Origin: Oceanispirochaeta sp.
Lineage (GTDB): Bacteria > Spirochaetota > Spirochaetia > DSM-2461
Assembly (NCBI GenBank): GCA_963666275.2
Contig: CAXXOA010000001.1
Location: 2,304,001 to 2,368,000 of the forward strand
DNA length: 64,000 bases
Reading direction: 5' to 3'
Shown: one piece after another, positions 18,994-29,016 of the stretch
Position numbering within the stretch: the stretch's first letter is position 1
Layout: every line of letters begins with the position of its first letter
Made by a program: the position numbers and the translations under genes
The notes under the pieces: model-generated
What the model was told of the DNA's origin: nothing
Databases searched by the model: none
Seen by the model: only the letters and a program-made list of their open reading frames with translations

Positions 18994-19983
18994 TTACTTC
19001 TTAACCGCCCGGATATAGATCCTGGTGGGAGCCGGATACCCTTCGGTTGTCTTAGACGGATCATCGGGATCGAGAAACTGTTCAAGAGAATAGAAGACGG
19101 CCCAGTCGGTCTGACGCTGTTCGTGGGTTTCCAGTTTGAAATTGTCAAACACTTCCACCTTATGAAAACCGCTCCGGTTCAGCATGTTCACAAGAGCCGA
19201 AGCGGTCGGCAGAAACCAGTACCCCGGAGCCTGCATATACCGTCCCTCGGGAAAGAGGCAGTAGGGCTCATCTCCGGGAATGCCGCTGCTCTCCAGGATC
19301 AGAGTCCCCCCCGGCTTCATGGCCTGTGCCAGAATTTCCAGAGTCTGCAGGGGATTTCGTCTGTGATAGATGATCCCCATAAAGAAGATCACATCGAAAA
19401 AGCGGGGAAACAGTTCCAGATCATCCACCCCGAGAAGATCAAAGTTCAGCCTGGGGTCACTGTAAAATTTTCTGTTCAGCCGATGATGATAGTAGTAACG
19501 GACCATAGGGTCGATTCCCAGCACAAACCAGGGATCCTGGGGGAGCATCCGGTACATGTAGTACTCGTTATTGCATCCCACGTCACAGATCTTCTTATTT
19601 TTCAGATCCGGCAGCCAGGGAGCCACCCTGTCCCATTTGAGATTGCTCCGCCACTCTGCATCCACCTCTGTTCCGTAATAGTCAAAAGGCCCTTTCCGCC
19701 AGGGCATCAGGGCTTTGAGTGCCGCCAGAAGCTGCTCTTTTTCTCCCGGTTCCAGGTCAGACTCCTGTCCGAACCTGACAGCCTCTGAGGAAAAATCAAA
19801 GCTGTCCCCCTCCCGGAGGGAAAGGGCTTCGATGGGATCTTCCCAGACCTTCACCGAAGGTTTCTCCAGTTTAGCAGACAGCTCTTTCCTCAGGGACTTC
19901 AGCTGGTCTGTCCTGATTTCACTCCTGTAGGGTTCATAGTAGTGGTCTTTCAGGTATTCCCTGCTTACATGGCTGTGTTTCAC
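18994..19983 (-). CDS. cmoB: tRNA U34 carboxymethyltransferase
   Basis: LMPWRKGPF, DAEWRSNLKW, DVGCN, TEGYPAP; follows cmoA. Confidence 0.93.
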   Translation of the reverse strand: MKHSHVSREYLKDHYYEPYRSEIRTDQLKSLRKELSAKLEKPSVKVWEDPIEALSLREGDSFDFSSEAVRFGQESDLEPGEKEQLLAALKALMPWRKGPFDYYGTEVDAEWRSNLKWDRVAPWLPDLKNKKICDVGCNNEYYMYRMLPQDPWFVLGIDPMVRYYYHHRLNRKFYSDPRLNFDLLGVDDLELFPRFFDVIFFMGIIYHRRNPLQTLEILAQAMKPGGTLILESSGIPGDEPYCLFPEGRYMQAPGYWFLPTASALVNMLNRSGFHKVEVFDNFKLETHEQRQTDWAVFYSLEQFLDPDDPSKTTEGYPAPTRIYIRAVKK

Positions 19984-19986
19984 TGC

Positions 19987-20733
19987 TTATCCTTTTTTCA
20001 GGCAGATAAATGAGGAGAAATTGTACCAGCTGTAGAAAAGATCCACCGCTTCAAAACCGGCGCTTCTGAACAGCTGCTCTTCCTCTTTAAGAGAATAGGG
20101 AATCAGAACATTCTCCAGAGCTTCCCTTTTCCGGGAGATCTCCAGCTCACTGTAGCCGTTTGCCCTCTTCATATTGTAGTAGTTATCAATAAAGATCCTG
20201 CTTATATCCGTATGGGACTGGAGAGTTTTATCACTCACAAGGAGGACTCCGTTATGATTCAGCCCCTGATAGATATTCCTGATAAGCTCTTCCCTGTGAA
20301 GAGGATCAATAAACTGCAGGGTGTAATTCATGATCACCACCGAAGCATTCTGTACAGGAGTGGTCAGAATATCCGATTCGGCGATATCGATGCGACCGAA
20401 ATCCGCATCCAGGCTCTTCAGTTTTTCCCTGGCTTCCCGGCACATGGGCGCCGAATTGTCCACACCCCGTATGTAGTAGTTATGGAGTTCATGCTTTCTC
20501 AGCCCCTCCAGGAGCAGAGCCATGGTTGTACCAGTGGAGCATCCCAGGTCATATATGGTACTCCCCTCTCTGTAAAAGGTCAGTGCCAGAGTAGCCACCA
20601 TGGACTGTACATCTTTATAGTGGGGTATGCTCCTCTCAGCCATATCGTCAAAAACATGGGCGACGGTTTCATTAAACTCAAAAGGCCTGACAACAGGATC
20701 GTAGCTGTCAAATACATCATCCTTGCGATTCAT
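19987..20733 (-). CDS. cmoA: Carboxy-S-adenosyl-L-methionine synthase
   Basis: FEFNETVAHVFDDMAERSIPHY, DLGCSTG, NYTLQF, KREALENVL; start at ATG 20733 after GGGAGG. Confidence 0.93.
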   Translation of the reverse strand: MNRKDDVFDSYDPVVRPFEFNETVAHVFDDMAERSIPHYKDVQSMVATLALTFYREGSTIYDLGCSTGTTMALLLEGLRKHELHNYYIRGVDNSAPMCREAREKLKSLDADFGRIDIAESDILTTPVQNASVVIMNYTLQFIDPLHREELIRNIYQGLNHNGVLLVSDKTLQSHTDISRIFIDNYYNMKRANGYSELEISRKREALENVLIPYSLKEEEQLFRSAGFEAVDLFYSWYNFSSFICLKKG

Positions 20734-21595
20734 AGCTGAATCCCTCCCCGAAAACTTCCCGAACATCCGAAATAAAAACAAAAGCTTCGGGATCAATATC
20801 CGAAACAATCTGCTTCAGATGCGGAATATCCCTGCTGCGGAGAACGCAAAGAAGCACCGGGCGATCCGCTCCGGTGTACATTCCCTTCCCCTTAATCTCA
20901 GTCACTCCCCTGTCCATCTCCTGAAGAATCTTTGCGCTGATGCTGTCTGACTTCAGAGAGATCACATAGGCGGCTTTTGTATAATTCACACCGATAACCA
21001 CAGCATCAATAACACGGGCTGTAATAAAAATGGTGACACCTGCATACAGAGAAAGCTCATACTGGCCGAAAACCAGCCCGGCCATCAGAACAACCAGAGC
21101 ATCAAGAACCAGGAGGATCTGTCCTACCGAAATAAAAGACAGTATTTTATGAATAATTTTTGCCGCCAGGTCGGTCCCGCCGGTGGAAGCGTCCTGACGG
21201 AAAATCAATCCCAATCCCAGTCCCATCAATCCGCCGCCCATCAGAGAAGCCAGAAGATGATCCTGTGTCAGAACAGGAACAAATGCAGTGGCATCAATAA
21301 AAACAGAGAGAACAACCGTGGCAACCAGAGTTTTCACCCCAAAAGAGCGTCCGAGCATTTTCCAGGAAAAGAGAAAGAGAGGAATATTCATAACAAGAAC
21401 CGAAACACCCACAGGGAAGCCGAAAAGATAGTAGAGTACCGTACCGATTCCGGACAGGCCCCCTCCGACGATCTTATTGGGAATCAGAAAAAAATTCATT
21501 CCCAGAGCCATGGCGAGACTTCCAAGCAGGATTACCCCGATGCTGAGGACATTTTTTCTGATCCGGTGGCTTTTACTTCTGAACCACCGGTCCAT
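20717..21595 (-). CDS. YitT family membrane protein
   Basis: GGLSG, STGGTD, RGVT..G.GMYTG, DPEAF, EVFGEGF. Confidence 0.92.
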   Translation of the reverse strand: MDRWFRSKSHRIRKNVLSIGVILLGSLAMALGMNFFLIPNKIVGGGLSGIGTVLYYLFGFPVGVSVLVMNIPLFLFSWKMLGRSFGVKTLVATVVLSVFIDATAFVPVLTQDHLLASLMGGGLMGLGLGLIFRQDASTGGTDLAAKIIHKILSFISVGQILLVLDALVVLMAGLVFGQYELSLYAGVTIFITARVIDAVVIGVNYTKAAYVISLKSDSISAKILQEMDRGVTEIKGKGMYTGADRPVLLCVLRSRDIPHLKQIVSDIDPEAFVFISDVREVFGEGFSYESQG

Positions 21596-22419
21596 TACAG
21601 GTTCCGTTCCTTCCGGATAGACTCCCAGGCTTCCTGAATTTCCCTGAACCGTTCATTGGCGAACTGGGTAAACTCTTCCGGAAGGCCTTTGGCGGCAATC
21701 CTGTCGGGATGAAATTCGTTGACTTTTGTTCTATAGGCTTTGCGGATATCCGAATCAGAATCGGAAGGAGAACAGCCCAGAATACTGTAGGCCCCGGAGG
21801 AGGAAGTCGACTGAACATACTTGCTCTTCAGCCTGTCATAGGAGGTCTGGGTATACCCGAAAATGCTCACAGCCTGCTGAATGAGCTTCTCTTCCTCCGG
21901 ATGGATTCTGCCGTCTGCCGCAGCAACACGCAGCAGGATATCCAGGAGCAGCTCTATAAACTGGGCATTCCCTTTGAATGCGGCATAAAAGCGGCGCGCA
22001 TAGGAATCAAACGATTCTCCCGAACGGACAGCCGCATTGAAGATTTCCATGGCCGCCTGCTGGCTTACCGGATCCAGCCTGAGATCATGCCTCATAAACT
22101 GGGATATGGTCTGCTTTTCCTCTTCAGAAATCTGCCCGTCCGCAGCAGAGATTTTCCCCAGCATGGAAAAAAGGGAAGAGAAAAAAACACGGCTTGTATT
22201 CTGATGCTCCGCAAAGGAAGTCTGCTGCCGCTGGTACTGCCCTCCCATTCCCTGGAAGGGATTGCCCCTGAACTGACTGGAAGACCTGCCTCCTCCGGCA
22301 AAGCTTCTTCCTATGGAACTTCCTATAAGAGCACCTATAATCCCCATAAAAGGGATCCCGCTCATAAAACCGAGAATGAACCCAATGAGTCCTCCGATAA
22401 AACCTTCTAAACCTCTCAA
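21595..22419 (-). CDS. djlA: DjlA-like co-chaperone (TM + TerB + J-domain)
   Basis: N-terminal TM, TerB ADG repeats, C-terminal J-domain with HPD; probable TTG start at 22419 after GGGGAG. Confidence 0.85.
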   Translation of the reverse strand: MRGLEGFIGGLIGFILGFMSGIPFMGIIGALIGSSIGRSFAGGGRSSSQFRGNPFQGMGGQYQRQQTSFAEHQNTSRVFFSSLFSMLGKISAADGQISEEEKQTISQFMRHDLRLDPVSQQAAMEIFNAAVRSGESFDSYARRFYAAFKGNAQFIELLLDILLRVAAADGRIHPEEEKLIQQAVSIFGYTQTSYDRLKSKYVQSTSSSGAYSILGCSPSDSDSDIRKAYRTKVNEFHPDRIAAKGLPEEFTQFANERFREIQEAWESIRKERNL

Positions 22420-22536
22420 AAATATTCTCCCCGGACATCTCTTATGCCCGTTATATAGTAAAAAAACAGTTTTGCCTTTATAAGGTAACAATAAGTTCCT
22501 CTCTGGTAAAGACAGGAATCCCTAAAGAATAGAGAA

Positions 22537-24411
22537 CTATTTTTTCCGTCTGTTATTTCTGCTCCTGCCGGAGCCGCCTGAAGTAAAAGGGGGTATCAGG
22601 CACTTCGGACCTGTCCCTATCAGATCACCTCTCCCCTCTTTCAGAAGGGCCTCTTTCACAAGTGAGTAGTTCTCGGGACGGTTGAACTGAAGGAGAGCCC
22701 TCTGCATTTTCTTTTCCCGTTCCTTCTTGACCACAGGAATGCTCTTCATGGTTTCCGGATCCAGTTCTGTATGATACATGCAGGTGGAAAGGGTTCCCGG
22801 GGTGGGATAGAAATCCTGCACCTGGTCGGGAATAAACCGGGTTTCCTTCATAAACTCAGCCAGCCGGACAGCATCTTTCAGAGTGCTTCCCGGATGAGAG
22901 GAGATAAAATAGGGTATGAGATACTGTTTTTTATCAAGCTCCCTGTTTATGGCGGCAAATTTTGCCATAAAGGTTCTGTAAACCTGATGCTTCTGTTTAT
23001 TCATAGCCTTCAGTACCCGGGGAGATACATGTTCCGGAGCCACTTTGAGCTGACCGCTCACATGATAGCGGCAGAGCTCCCGCAGAAAAGCCTCATTCCT
23101 GTCAAGAAGGAGATAGTCAAATCGGATACCCGAACGGATAAAGACTTTCTTGATCCCCTTCAGCTGCCGCAGCTCCCTCAGAAGGGCAAGATAGTCACTG
23201 TGATCCACATCCAGGTTCCTGCAGGGTTCGGGAGTCAGACACTGACGGTCAGCACAGACTCCGTGCTTCAGCTGTTTGGCACAGGAGGGAGCGCGAAAAT
23301 TGGCCGTAGGACCTCCCACATCGTGGATATACCCCTTGAACCCCTCCTGATGAATCAGTTTCTCTGCCTCGGATATGACAGATTCATGGCTCCTTGAGGA
23401 GATGACCCGGCCCTGATGATAGGTAAGGGCGCAGAAACTGCACCCACCGAAACAGCCTCTGTTATGAACCAGAGAAAACTCCACCTCTTTCAGGGCGGGG
23501 ATCCCTCCTTTCGCATCATACACAGGGTGAGCCTTTCTGGCATAGGGCAGAGCGTAAACCCGGTCCATCTCATCCCTTGTGAGGGCATGGGACGGGGGAT
23601 TCTGCACCACATACCGTTCACCGCAGGGCTCAGCCATGGGGCGGGCGGTCACAGGATCTGTATTTCTGTACTGTATCCAGAAACTGCCGGCATAGGCTTT
23701 CCGGTCCCGGGAAACATCCTCCCAGGAGGATAGGAGTTCGGTCCCTTCAGGGAAATCATCCGGGGAAGAAACAGCATAAACCGTTCCTCTCACATGCCGG
23801 ATCTCTTTTATTCCCGTCCCTTCCTGAAGAGCACGGGCGATCTGTACCATGGAGCGTTCCCCCATTCCGTACATAAGAAGATCCGCTTTGCTATCCAGAA
23901 GAACCGACTTTCTGACCTTGTCACTCCAGTAGTCATAATGGGAAAAACGGCGCAGAGACGCCTCCAGACCTCCCAGGATAACAGGAACCCCCTTATAGGC
24001 CTGCCGGGCCATGGAGGTATAGACAATGGCGGCTCTGTCAGGCCTCAGGCCCGCCTCCCCTCCCGGAGAGTAGGCATCGCTGCGGCGCCTTTTTTTATTA
24101 ACCGTATAGTGGTTGACCATGGAATCGATATTTCCGGGAGACACAAGAAAGGCCAGAGAGGGTTTTCCGAGAACCCTGAATGCATCAGGATCCTTCCAGT
24201 CGGGTTGCGGAATAATGCCTACCCGGAAACCGGCATCCTCCAGCACACGGGAGATAATCGCCGCAGCAAAAGAGGGGTGATCTACATAGGCATCTCCTGA
24301 AATGAGAACAAAATCAACATAATCCCAACCACGCTCTGCCATATCTTCACGGGTTAAAGGGAGAAAATCACGGGACAAAACCACCTCCTGGACAAAGGGG
24401 CATCTTAACAT
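22537..24411 (-). CDS. YgiQ family radical SAM protein
   Basis: GDAYVDHPSF, RGCFGGCSFC, SGIRFD, QVQDFYPTP; true start probably TTG near 24378. Confidence 0.93.
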   Translation of the reverse strand: MLRCPFVQEVVLSRDFLPLTREDMAERGWDYVDFVLISGDAYVDHPSFAAAIISRVLEDAGFRVGIIPQPDWKDPDAFRVLGKPSLAFLVSPGNIDSMVNHYTVNKKRRRSDAYSPGGEAGLRPDRAAIVYTSMARQAYKGVPVILGGLEASLRRFSHYDYWSDKVRKSVLLDSKADLLMYGMGERSMVQIARALQEGTGIKEIRHVRGTVYAVSSPDDFPEGTELLSSWEDVSRDRKAYAGSFWIQYRNTDPVTARPMAEPCGERYVVQNPPSHALTRDEMDRVYALPYARKAHPVYDAKGGIPALKEVEFSLVHNRGCFGGCSFCALTYHQGRVISSRSHESVISEAEKLIHQEGFKGYIHDVGGPTANFRAPSCAKQLKHGVCADRQCLTPEPCRNLDVDHSDYLALLRELRQLKGIKKVFIRSGIRFDYLLLDRNEAFLRELCRYHVSGQLKVAPEHVSPRVLKAMNKQKHQVYRTFMAKFAAINRELDKKQYLIPYFISSHPGSTLKDAVRLAEFMKETRFIPDQVQDFYPTPGTLSTCMYHTELDPETMKSIPVVKKEREKKMQRALLQFNRPENYSLVKEALLKEGRGDLIGTGPKCLIPPFTSGGSGRSRNNRRKK

Positions 24412-24427
24412 CCGGACAGGGGAAAAT

Positions 24428-25024
24428 CTACTCCAGAGAGAGAAGTATTCGAGCTCTATGGGCTAAAAAGACGTGCTTTTGGATATAGCTGTTCTCCCGC
24501 ATGTCAAAACGGATATCATAAAAAGCCGAATCATAGTCTGACTGAAGCTCCACAACCTGCTCATCACCGTTAAGAAAATACCCTGAAAGCAGGTTATCTC
24601 CCCAGGTATCATCTGTTTCGGATGAGATAAACAGGCCGGTAATGGTATCGCCGGTTTTATTGACAAGGGTAAAGGTCAGCCCCTCTCCCGGAGAGAGGGC
24701 CAGAAGATCCTTGGGCTGGATCAGGATCTTATTCCTTTCTCCCAGATCGATATTGTTTTTCAGATAGATCTCCCCATCCTCGTCAACGAGCCGTATCTTG
24801 TACAGTCCTTCCACAAGATCTTCTTCAAAGGAGACAACTGCAAAACTGTCGTTCAGTATCACATCATAGGGAAGAACATCCTCTCCCCAGTCATTGCTCT
24901 CCTGATCAGTGAAATAGACTTCATAAAGGGGAAACCCCGTTTTATTGACAATAACAACCTCTTCCGCAAAAGAAGAGAAAAGAGAGAGCAGAAGAAGCAG
25001 AAAAATAAAATGCACCTGTCTCAC
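24428..25024 (-). CDS. Secreted protein with two internal repeats
   Basis: Signal peptide; repeats IVNKTG..YEVY....WGEDVL and LVNKTG..ITGLF....WGDNLL; 4-nt overlap with the cyclase gene. Confidence 0.7.
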   Translation of the reverse strand: MRQVHFIFLLLLLSLFSSFAEEVVIVNKTGFPLYEVYFTDQESNDWGEDVLPYDVILNDSFAVVSFEEDLVEGLYKIRLVDEDGEIYLKNNIDLGERNKILIQPKDLLALSPGEGLTFTLVNKTGDTITGLFISSETDDTWGDNLLSGYFLNGDEQVVELQSDYDSAFYDIRFDMRENSYIQKHVFLAHRARILLSLE

Positions 25025-26475
25025 AGCACATCCTCCACCTCGTCCAGCCGGAACTGGTATTCCAGAAGGCTGGCTTTGATATGCTCAAAATAGAGGGGAA
25101 AAAGCAGATTGTAAAAATAACTTGTATGGGCGATGGAGTTCTTTATTTCATCATAGTGAGAGGTAATTTTATACTCCTCCGATTTGATATACTCCGCATA
25201 GCCTGGAAATTCCTGCATGAGCTCCTCATCGTTATCTCTGGGATGCTTCACCGCATCCTGAAGATCACCCAGAATATCCATAAGATCCTTGAGTGTAAAT
25301 TCCTGCTGGATCACTTCCCTTGCCTTCTCTTCATCACCCATGGCCTGTGAAATAAAATACCTGTACCTTCCGGGAAGAAGGAGTCTCAGAAGCTCATCTT
25401 TCCTGATCACAATCTTCAGTTTATTGAAAAGGTCTTCCAGCTTGTTGATCACATACTGGTTTCCCCTGTAGTACTGCAGAAAATCAATGATCCTCGATGC
25501 TCCCGGTTCATCCTTCTGCAGAAGAAGGCCCACCTGCCGGACAAGCTCTTCGGGAAGATTGGGTTCCACCTGAACACTGTAGGTACTGAAACCGGCATTT
25601 TTCTTTTCTTTCAGAAAGACTTTGCTGAACCGGAAGAGCTCGTCTTTTTTAATATTCCTGTAGTCACTGAAAAGGGCGGATGCCTCTCTTGTGAAACGGG
25701 CATGATAGGCATCGACGATCCCCTGATCCTCCAGAAGCCTGTAATACTCCTCGGAAATCCGCAATCCCCCTATCGGAGCTGTTGATTCCATCCTCTTGGC
25801 ATAAATAACAGGCATACCGATAACATCCCAGTGCTTGGCTCCGTCAGGACCGAAGTTTCCGATCTGAACTTTACCGATAGAGGCGCCTACCCTGATACGG
25901 ATCTGAAATAGAGCGTTTATGGAGGGAGAGAGGAATTCATTGTTTCGCAGGCCCCGGATAATATCAAAAGCCTGAAGGATATTATGTTTGGTCTGACTCT
26001 CTTCCTCGGAATAGAGGAATTTGTCGTTGGCCTGATTGAAGAGATTACAGACCCTCTGCAGCTCAACACAGGTATAAAACAGTTCCGTGGAGATATAAAG
26101 ACGGATCTCCTCCTCGGTGAGCCCCTTTGTTTTGGGATCAATCGGACCGCCGTACTGGAACATAAGGCTGTCCCCTTCAATTTTGTTCAGATACCCGCCG
26201 TGTTTTTTCAGAACCCAGTCAAAAGCGGAATAGAGTCCGTTCAGAATGGTCTGATTTTCCTTGGCACTGAGGAATTTGGAAAGGAACGTATAGTCTGCCA
26301 CATCCAGGAATCCAATCCCCACGAGGGCCTCTTCGGACTCTTCGGGAATGGCTCCGAATTCGGAAATAGCATCTATCAGATGTTTGGGAAGATAGTATCT
26401 CTCTATATCATTACGGATTTTCTGATCCTGACTTATGGCGGGCTCTTTTTTCTCTTCTTCACTCACTGGGCTCAT
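25021..26475 (-). CDS. Class III adenylate/guanylate cyclase domain protein (soluble)
   Basis: FLDVADYT, KIEGDSLM, IRVG..G...GNFG....WDVIG..V..AKRMES. Confidence 0.85.
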   Translation of the reverse strand: MSPVSEEEKKEPAISQDQKIRNDIERYYLPKHLIDAISEFGAIPEESEEALVGIGFLDVADYTFLSKFLSAKENQTILNGLYSAFDWVLKKHGGYLNKIEGDSLMFQYGGPIDPKTKGLTEEEIRLYISTELFYTCVELQRVCNLFNQANDKFLYSEEESQTKHNILQAFDIIRGLRNNEFLSPSINALFQIRIRVGASIGKVQIGNFGPDGAKHWDVIGMPVIYAKRMESTAPIGGLRISEEYYRLLEDQGIVDAYHARFTREASALFSDYRNIKKDELFRFSKVFLKEKKNAGFSTYSVQVEPNLPEELVRQVGLLLQKDEPGASRIIDFLQYYRGNQYVINKLEDLFNKLKIVIRKDELLRLLLPGRYRYFISQAMGDEEKAREVIQQEFTLKDLMDILGDLQDAVKHPRDNDEELMQEFPGYAEYIKSEEYKITSHYDEIKNSIAHTSYFYNLLFPLYFEHIKASLLEYQFRLDEVEDVL

Positions 26476-26650
26476 AGAGTTACAGTCTTCTCCATCTGGA
26501 TTATGATGATTTAATAATTATACACACATATTATACATAATTATTGATGATGATTCATTCTTTTTTGGGAATTTCAAATTAATGCCTGTTTACAACCATA
26601 TTGTTACTGATATAATTTCCCCATTCACCGGTGAGAACAGGAGCTATTTT

Positions 26651-27838
26651 TTGGTACTGAATGAAACAGTTGAGAAAAAGATCATACCCATTGCCGGCGG
26701 CAAAGGCGGAGTGGGAAAATCTGTTTTATCTGTGAACATTGCCTTGTCACTGGCAATTTCAGATAAAAGAACAATCCTTGTTGATATGGACCTGGGAGGT
26801 GCCAACCTCCATACAATTCTGGGCATTAAAAACACCAATCCCGGCATAGGCACCTATCTGCAGGATAAAAAGAGGACTTTTCAGTCCCTGGTAATTGAAA
26901 CACCCTACAAGAATCTGCATTTTATCCCGGGGGATACCCTGTCCTACGGCATGGCAGACATTACAGACACCCAGAAAAAGGAGATAATGAAGGAACTTCA
27001 GGAACTGGATGCAGACTATATCATTCTGGATCTGGGGGCTGGCAGCAGCTTCAACACCATCGATTTCTTCCTTATATCCAACTCGGGACTGATTGTGACA
27101 ACACCCCATGCCAGTTCGATTATGAATGCCTATTCATTCACGAAAAACCTGACAATCCGATTCCTTCACAAAGCTTTCAGCAGGCATAAGAAGATGGAGA
27201 GCTACCTCAGAAAGAACATCAGGCGAATGCTTCCGGGATCAAACCTCACCCTGGCTCATCTTCTGGAGGAAGTGGGAAAGGAAGACCCTGAAATCAGGGA
27301 TAAAGCGACAGCCTACCTGGAAGTCCTGCAGCCCAAGCTCATTCTGAATATGATGGAGGAGCAGGAGGATTTCCAGATGGCTGAAAACCTGGGACAGCTG
27401 ATTGCCAAAGATCTGCTTGTCGAGATGGAATGCCTGGGAACCGTACTCTATGACAAGGAGATTGATGAATCCCTTCACAACCGGCAGCCCTTCCTGCTGG
27501 ACCATCAGGATACACTCACAGCCCAGCAGATATTTCGCCTGGGCCAGAAAATCGTGCAATCCCGCCATTTTCCCGAGATGCCCCTGGATATAGCTTCCTA
27601 CGGCAGCTCATTCGGCCTGGCTCAGATTGAAACTGAAAATGATTTTGAGCTCTACAGAAAGATTCAGGAAGAGATCGAAAAACAGAATCAGAGCGAATAC
27701 GATGTGGATCAGCTGATGGAAATCATTGAAAAACAGCAGGAGAAAATCCGTGAACTCCAGAGTACTATCAGGATGATGGGCCTCGGCGGAGGAGGCGGCG
27801 GCGGAAACCCTATGGGAGGGCTCTTCAGCATAGGCTAG
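26651..27838 (+). CDS. MinD/FlhG-like P-loop ATPase with C-terminal coiled coil
   Basis: GGKGGVGKS deviant Walker A, DMDLGGANL, DLGAG; probable TTG start at 26651 after AGGAG (ORF track starts 26582). Confidence 0.85.
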   Translation: MVLNETVEKKIIPIAGGKGGVGKSVLSVNIALSLAISDKRTILVDMDLGGANLHTILGIKNTNPGIGTYLQDKKRTFQSLVIETPYKNLHFIPGDTLSYGMADITDTQKKEIMKELQELDADYIILDLGAGSSFNTIDFFLISNSGLIVTTPHASSIMNAYSFTKNLTIRFLHKAFSRHKKMESYLRKNIRRMLPGSNLTLAHLLEEVGKEDPEIRDKATAYLEVLQPKLILNMMEEQEDFQMAENLGQLIAKDLLVEMECLGTVLYDKEIDESLHNRQPFLLDHQDTLTAQQIFRLGQKIVQSRHFPEMPLDIASYGSSFGLAQIETENDFELYRKIQEEIEKQNQSEYDVDQLMEIIEKQQEKIRELQSTIRMMGLGGGGGGGNPMGGLFSIG

Positions 27839-27845
27839 GTCTATA

Positions 27846-27870
27846 CGGGTTTATATAAGATATAAACCCG
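27846..27870. terminator. Hairpin between convergent genes
   Basis: CGGGTTTATA-TAAGA-TATAAACCCG perfect 10-bp stem. Confidence 0.55.
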
Positions 27871-27896
27871 GTATATTTAAAAAAAGGATGAGATGA

Positions 27897-28445
27897 TCAG
27901 CCGAAGGGATTAACCATTTTCGGAATGTATTTATCGATCATTTCAGTGGCTTTCTGCGCATCCGTCCTGGGAATGTTCACATTTTTCCACAAAACCTGAT
28001 TAAAATAATTATTCATGGACTGTCCGATGTTCTCGTCTTTGAAAACAACAAAGGACTGGTTCAGACCGGTTTCATTCATAACAGTAAAAGAGGTGTAGGT
28101 TTCCACAGGCTCTTTTCCTACCATGATTTTCGTCTGTCTTTTCGTCACATAGGTATCCACTTCCTTAAAGCGGTAAGGAATTCTATGCCTGTCATCCCGA
28201 TAACTCGGTTCTGTATGTTTCTGGGAATACGATGAAGGTTCTACAAGAACAAACAGTTTAAGCCCATCGGCCTGAAAAGTAATACCCTGATCATTGGCAT
28301 ATATATCTTTTACATTTCCATAGGATATCATCTCAATTCTGGTATAATTAGAGTTATCATCGAAAAAGTTAGATAGAATATAACCGCCATCGGTAGGGAA
28401 TTCACCCTTCCTGTAAGCATCAAAAAGATCCATTATTTTAGCCAT
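27897..28445 (-). CDS. Hypothetical protein
   Basis: 182-aa ORF with RBS AAGGAG and protein-like composition; no recognised motif. Confidence 0.75.
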   Translation of the reverse strand: MAKIMDLFDAYRKGEFPTDGGYILSNFFDDNSNYTRIEMISYGNVKDIYANDQGITFQADGLKLFVLVEPSSYSQKHTEPSYRDDRHRIPYRFKEVDTYVTKRQTKIMVGKEPVETYTSFTVMNETGLNQSFVVFKDENIGQSMNNYFNQVLWKNVNIPRTDAQKATEMIDKYIPKMVNPFG

Positions 28446-28475
28446 ACCTTCTCCTTATATAATATATGAGACCAT

Positions 28476-28511
28476 TATAGGGCTGTTAGCTCAAAAAGAA
28501 ACAGCCCTATA
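28476..28511 (-). terminator. Hairpin downstream of ilvN
   Basis: TATAGGGCTGTT ... AACAGCCCTATA 12-bp inverted repeat. Confidence 0.55.
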
Positions 28512-28540
28512 TATAAAACTATGGTTAATTATAAAGAATC

Positions 28541-29014
28541 TCAACCTCTTTTTAAAGCAATTTTTCCAGTTCTGATAGTTTCGACAATATCATAGTGACC
28601 GAAAAGGTCAATGACACTGTCGATATCATCGGTATCACCGGTCACTTCCAGAATCCAGAGATCTCCCGAGGCATCAATAATTTTAGCCTGAACCGATGAT
28701 ACCAGCTGGAGTATTTCTGATCTGTGCTGTTTATCCGCTTTGATTTTCAGCAGAGCATGCTCCCTGCCGACAATGGAATCCATTTTATAATCCCAGACAT
28801 TTATCACGTTGATCAGCTTCTGAAGCTGTTTTCTTACCTGTTCCAGAACAGTATCATCTCCATTGACCACAATGGTAAAACGGCTTTTACCCGGGCGGTC
28901 TGTATTACCGACAGAAAGGCTCTCAATATTGAAACCCCTCCTTGAAAAGAGGCCGGAAATGCGGGTCATAACACCGGGGACGTCATCACAAAGAATAGAA
29001 ATGGTATGTTTCAT
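28541..29014 (-). CDS. ilvN: Acetolactate synthase small subunit
   Basis: PGVMTRISGLFSRRGFNIESL ACT domain; RTGKIAL. Confidence 0.95.
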   Translation of the reverse strand: MKHTISILCDDVPGVMTRISGLFSRRGFNIESLSVGNTDRPGKSRFTIVVNGDDTVLEQVRKQLQKLINVINVWDYKMDSIVGREHALLKIKADKQHRSEILQLVSSVQAKIIDASGDLWILEVTGDTDDIDSVIDLFGHYDIVETIRTGKIALKRG

Positions 29015-29016
29015 AA

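Noticed and set aside
18516..19004. 162-aa + strand ORF with PSPRGRG-type repeats
   Set aside because: Translation of the palindromic repeats; it also crosses a strong terminator.
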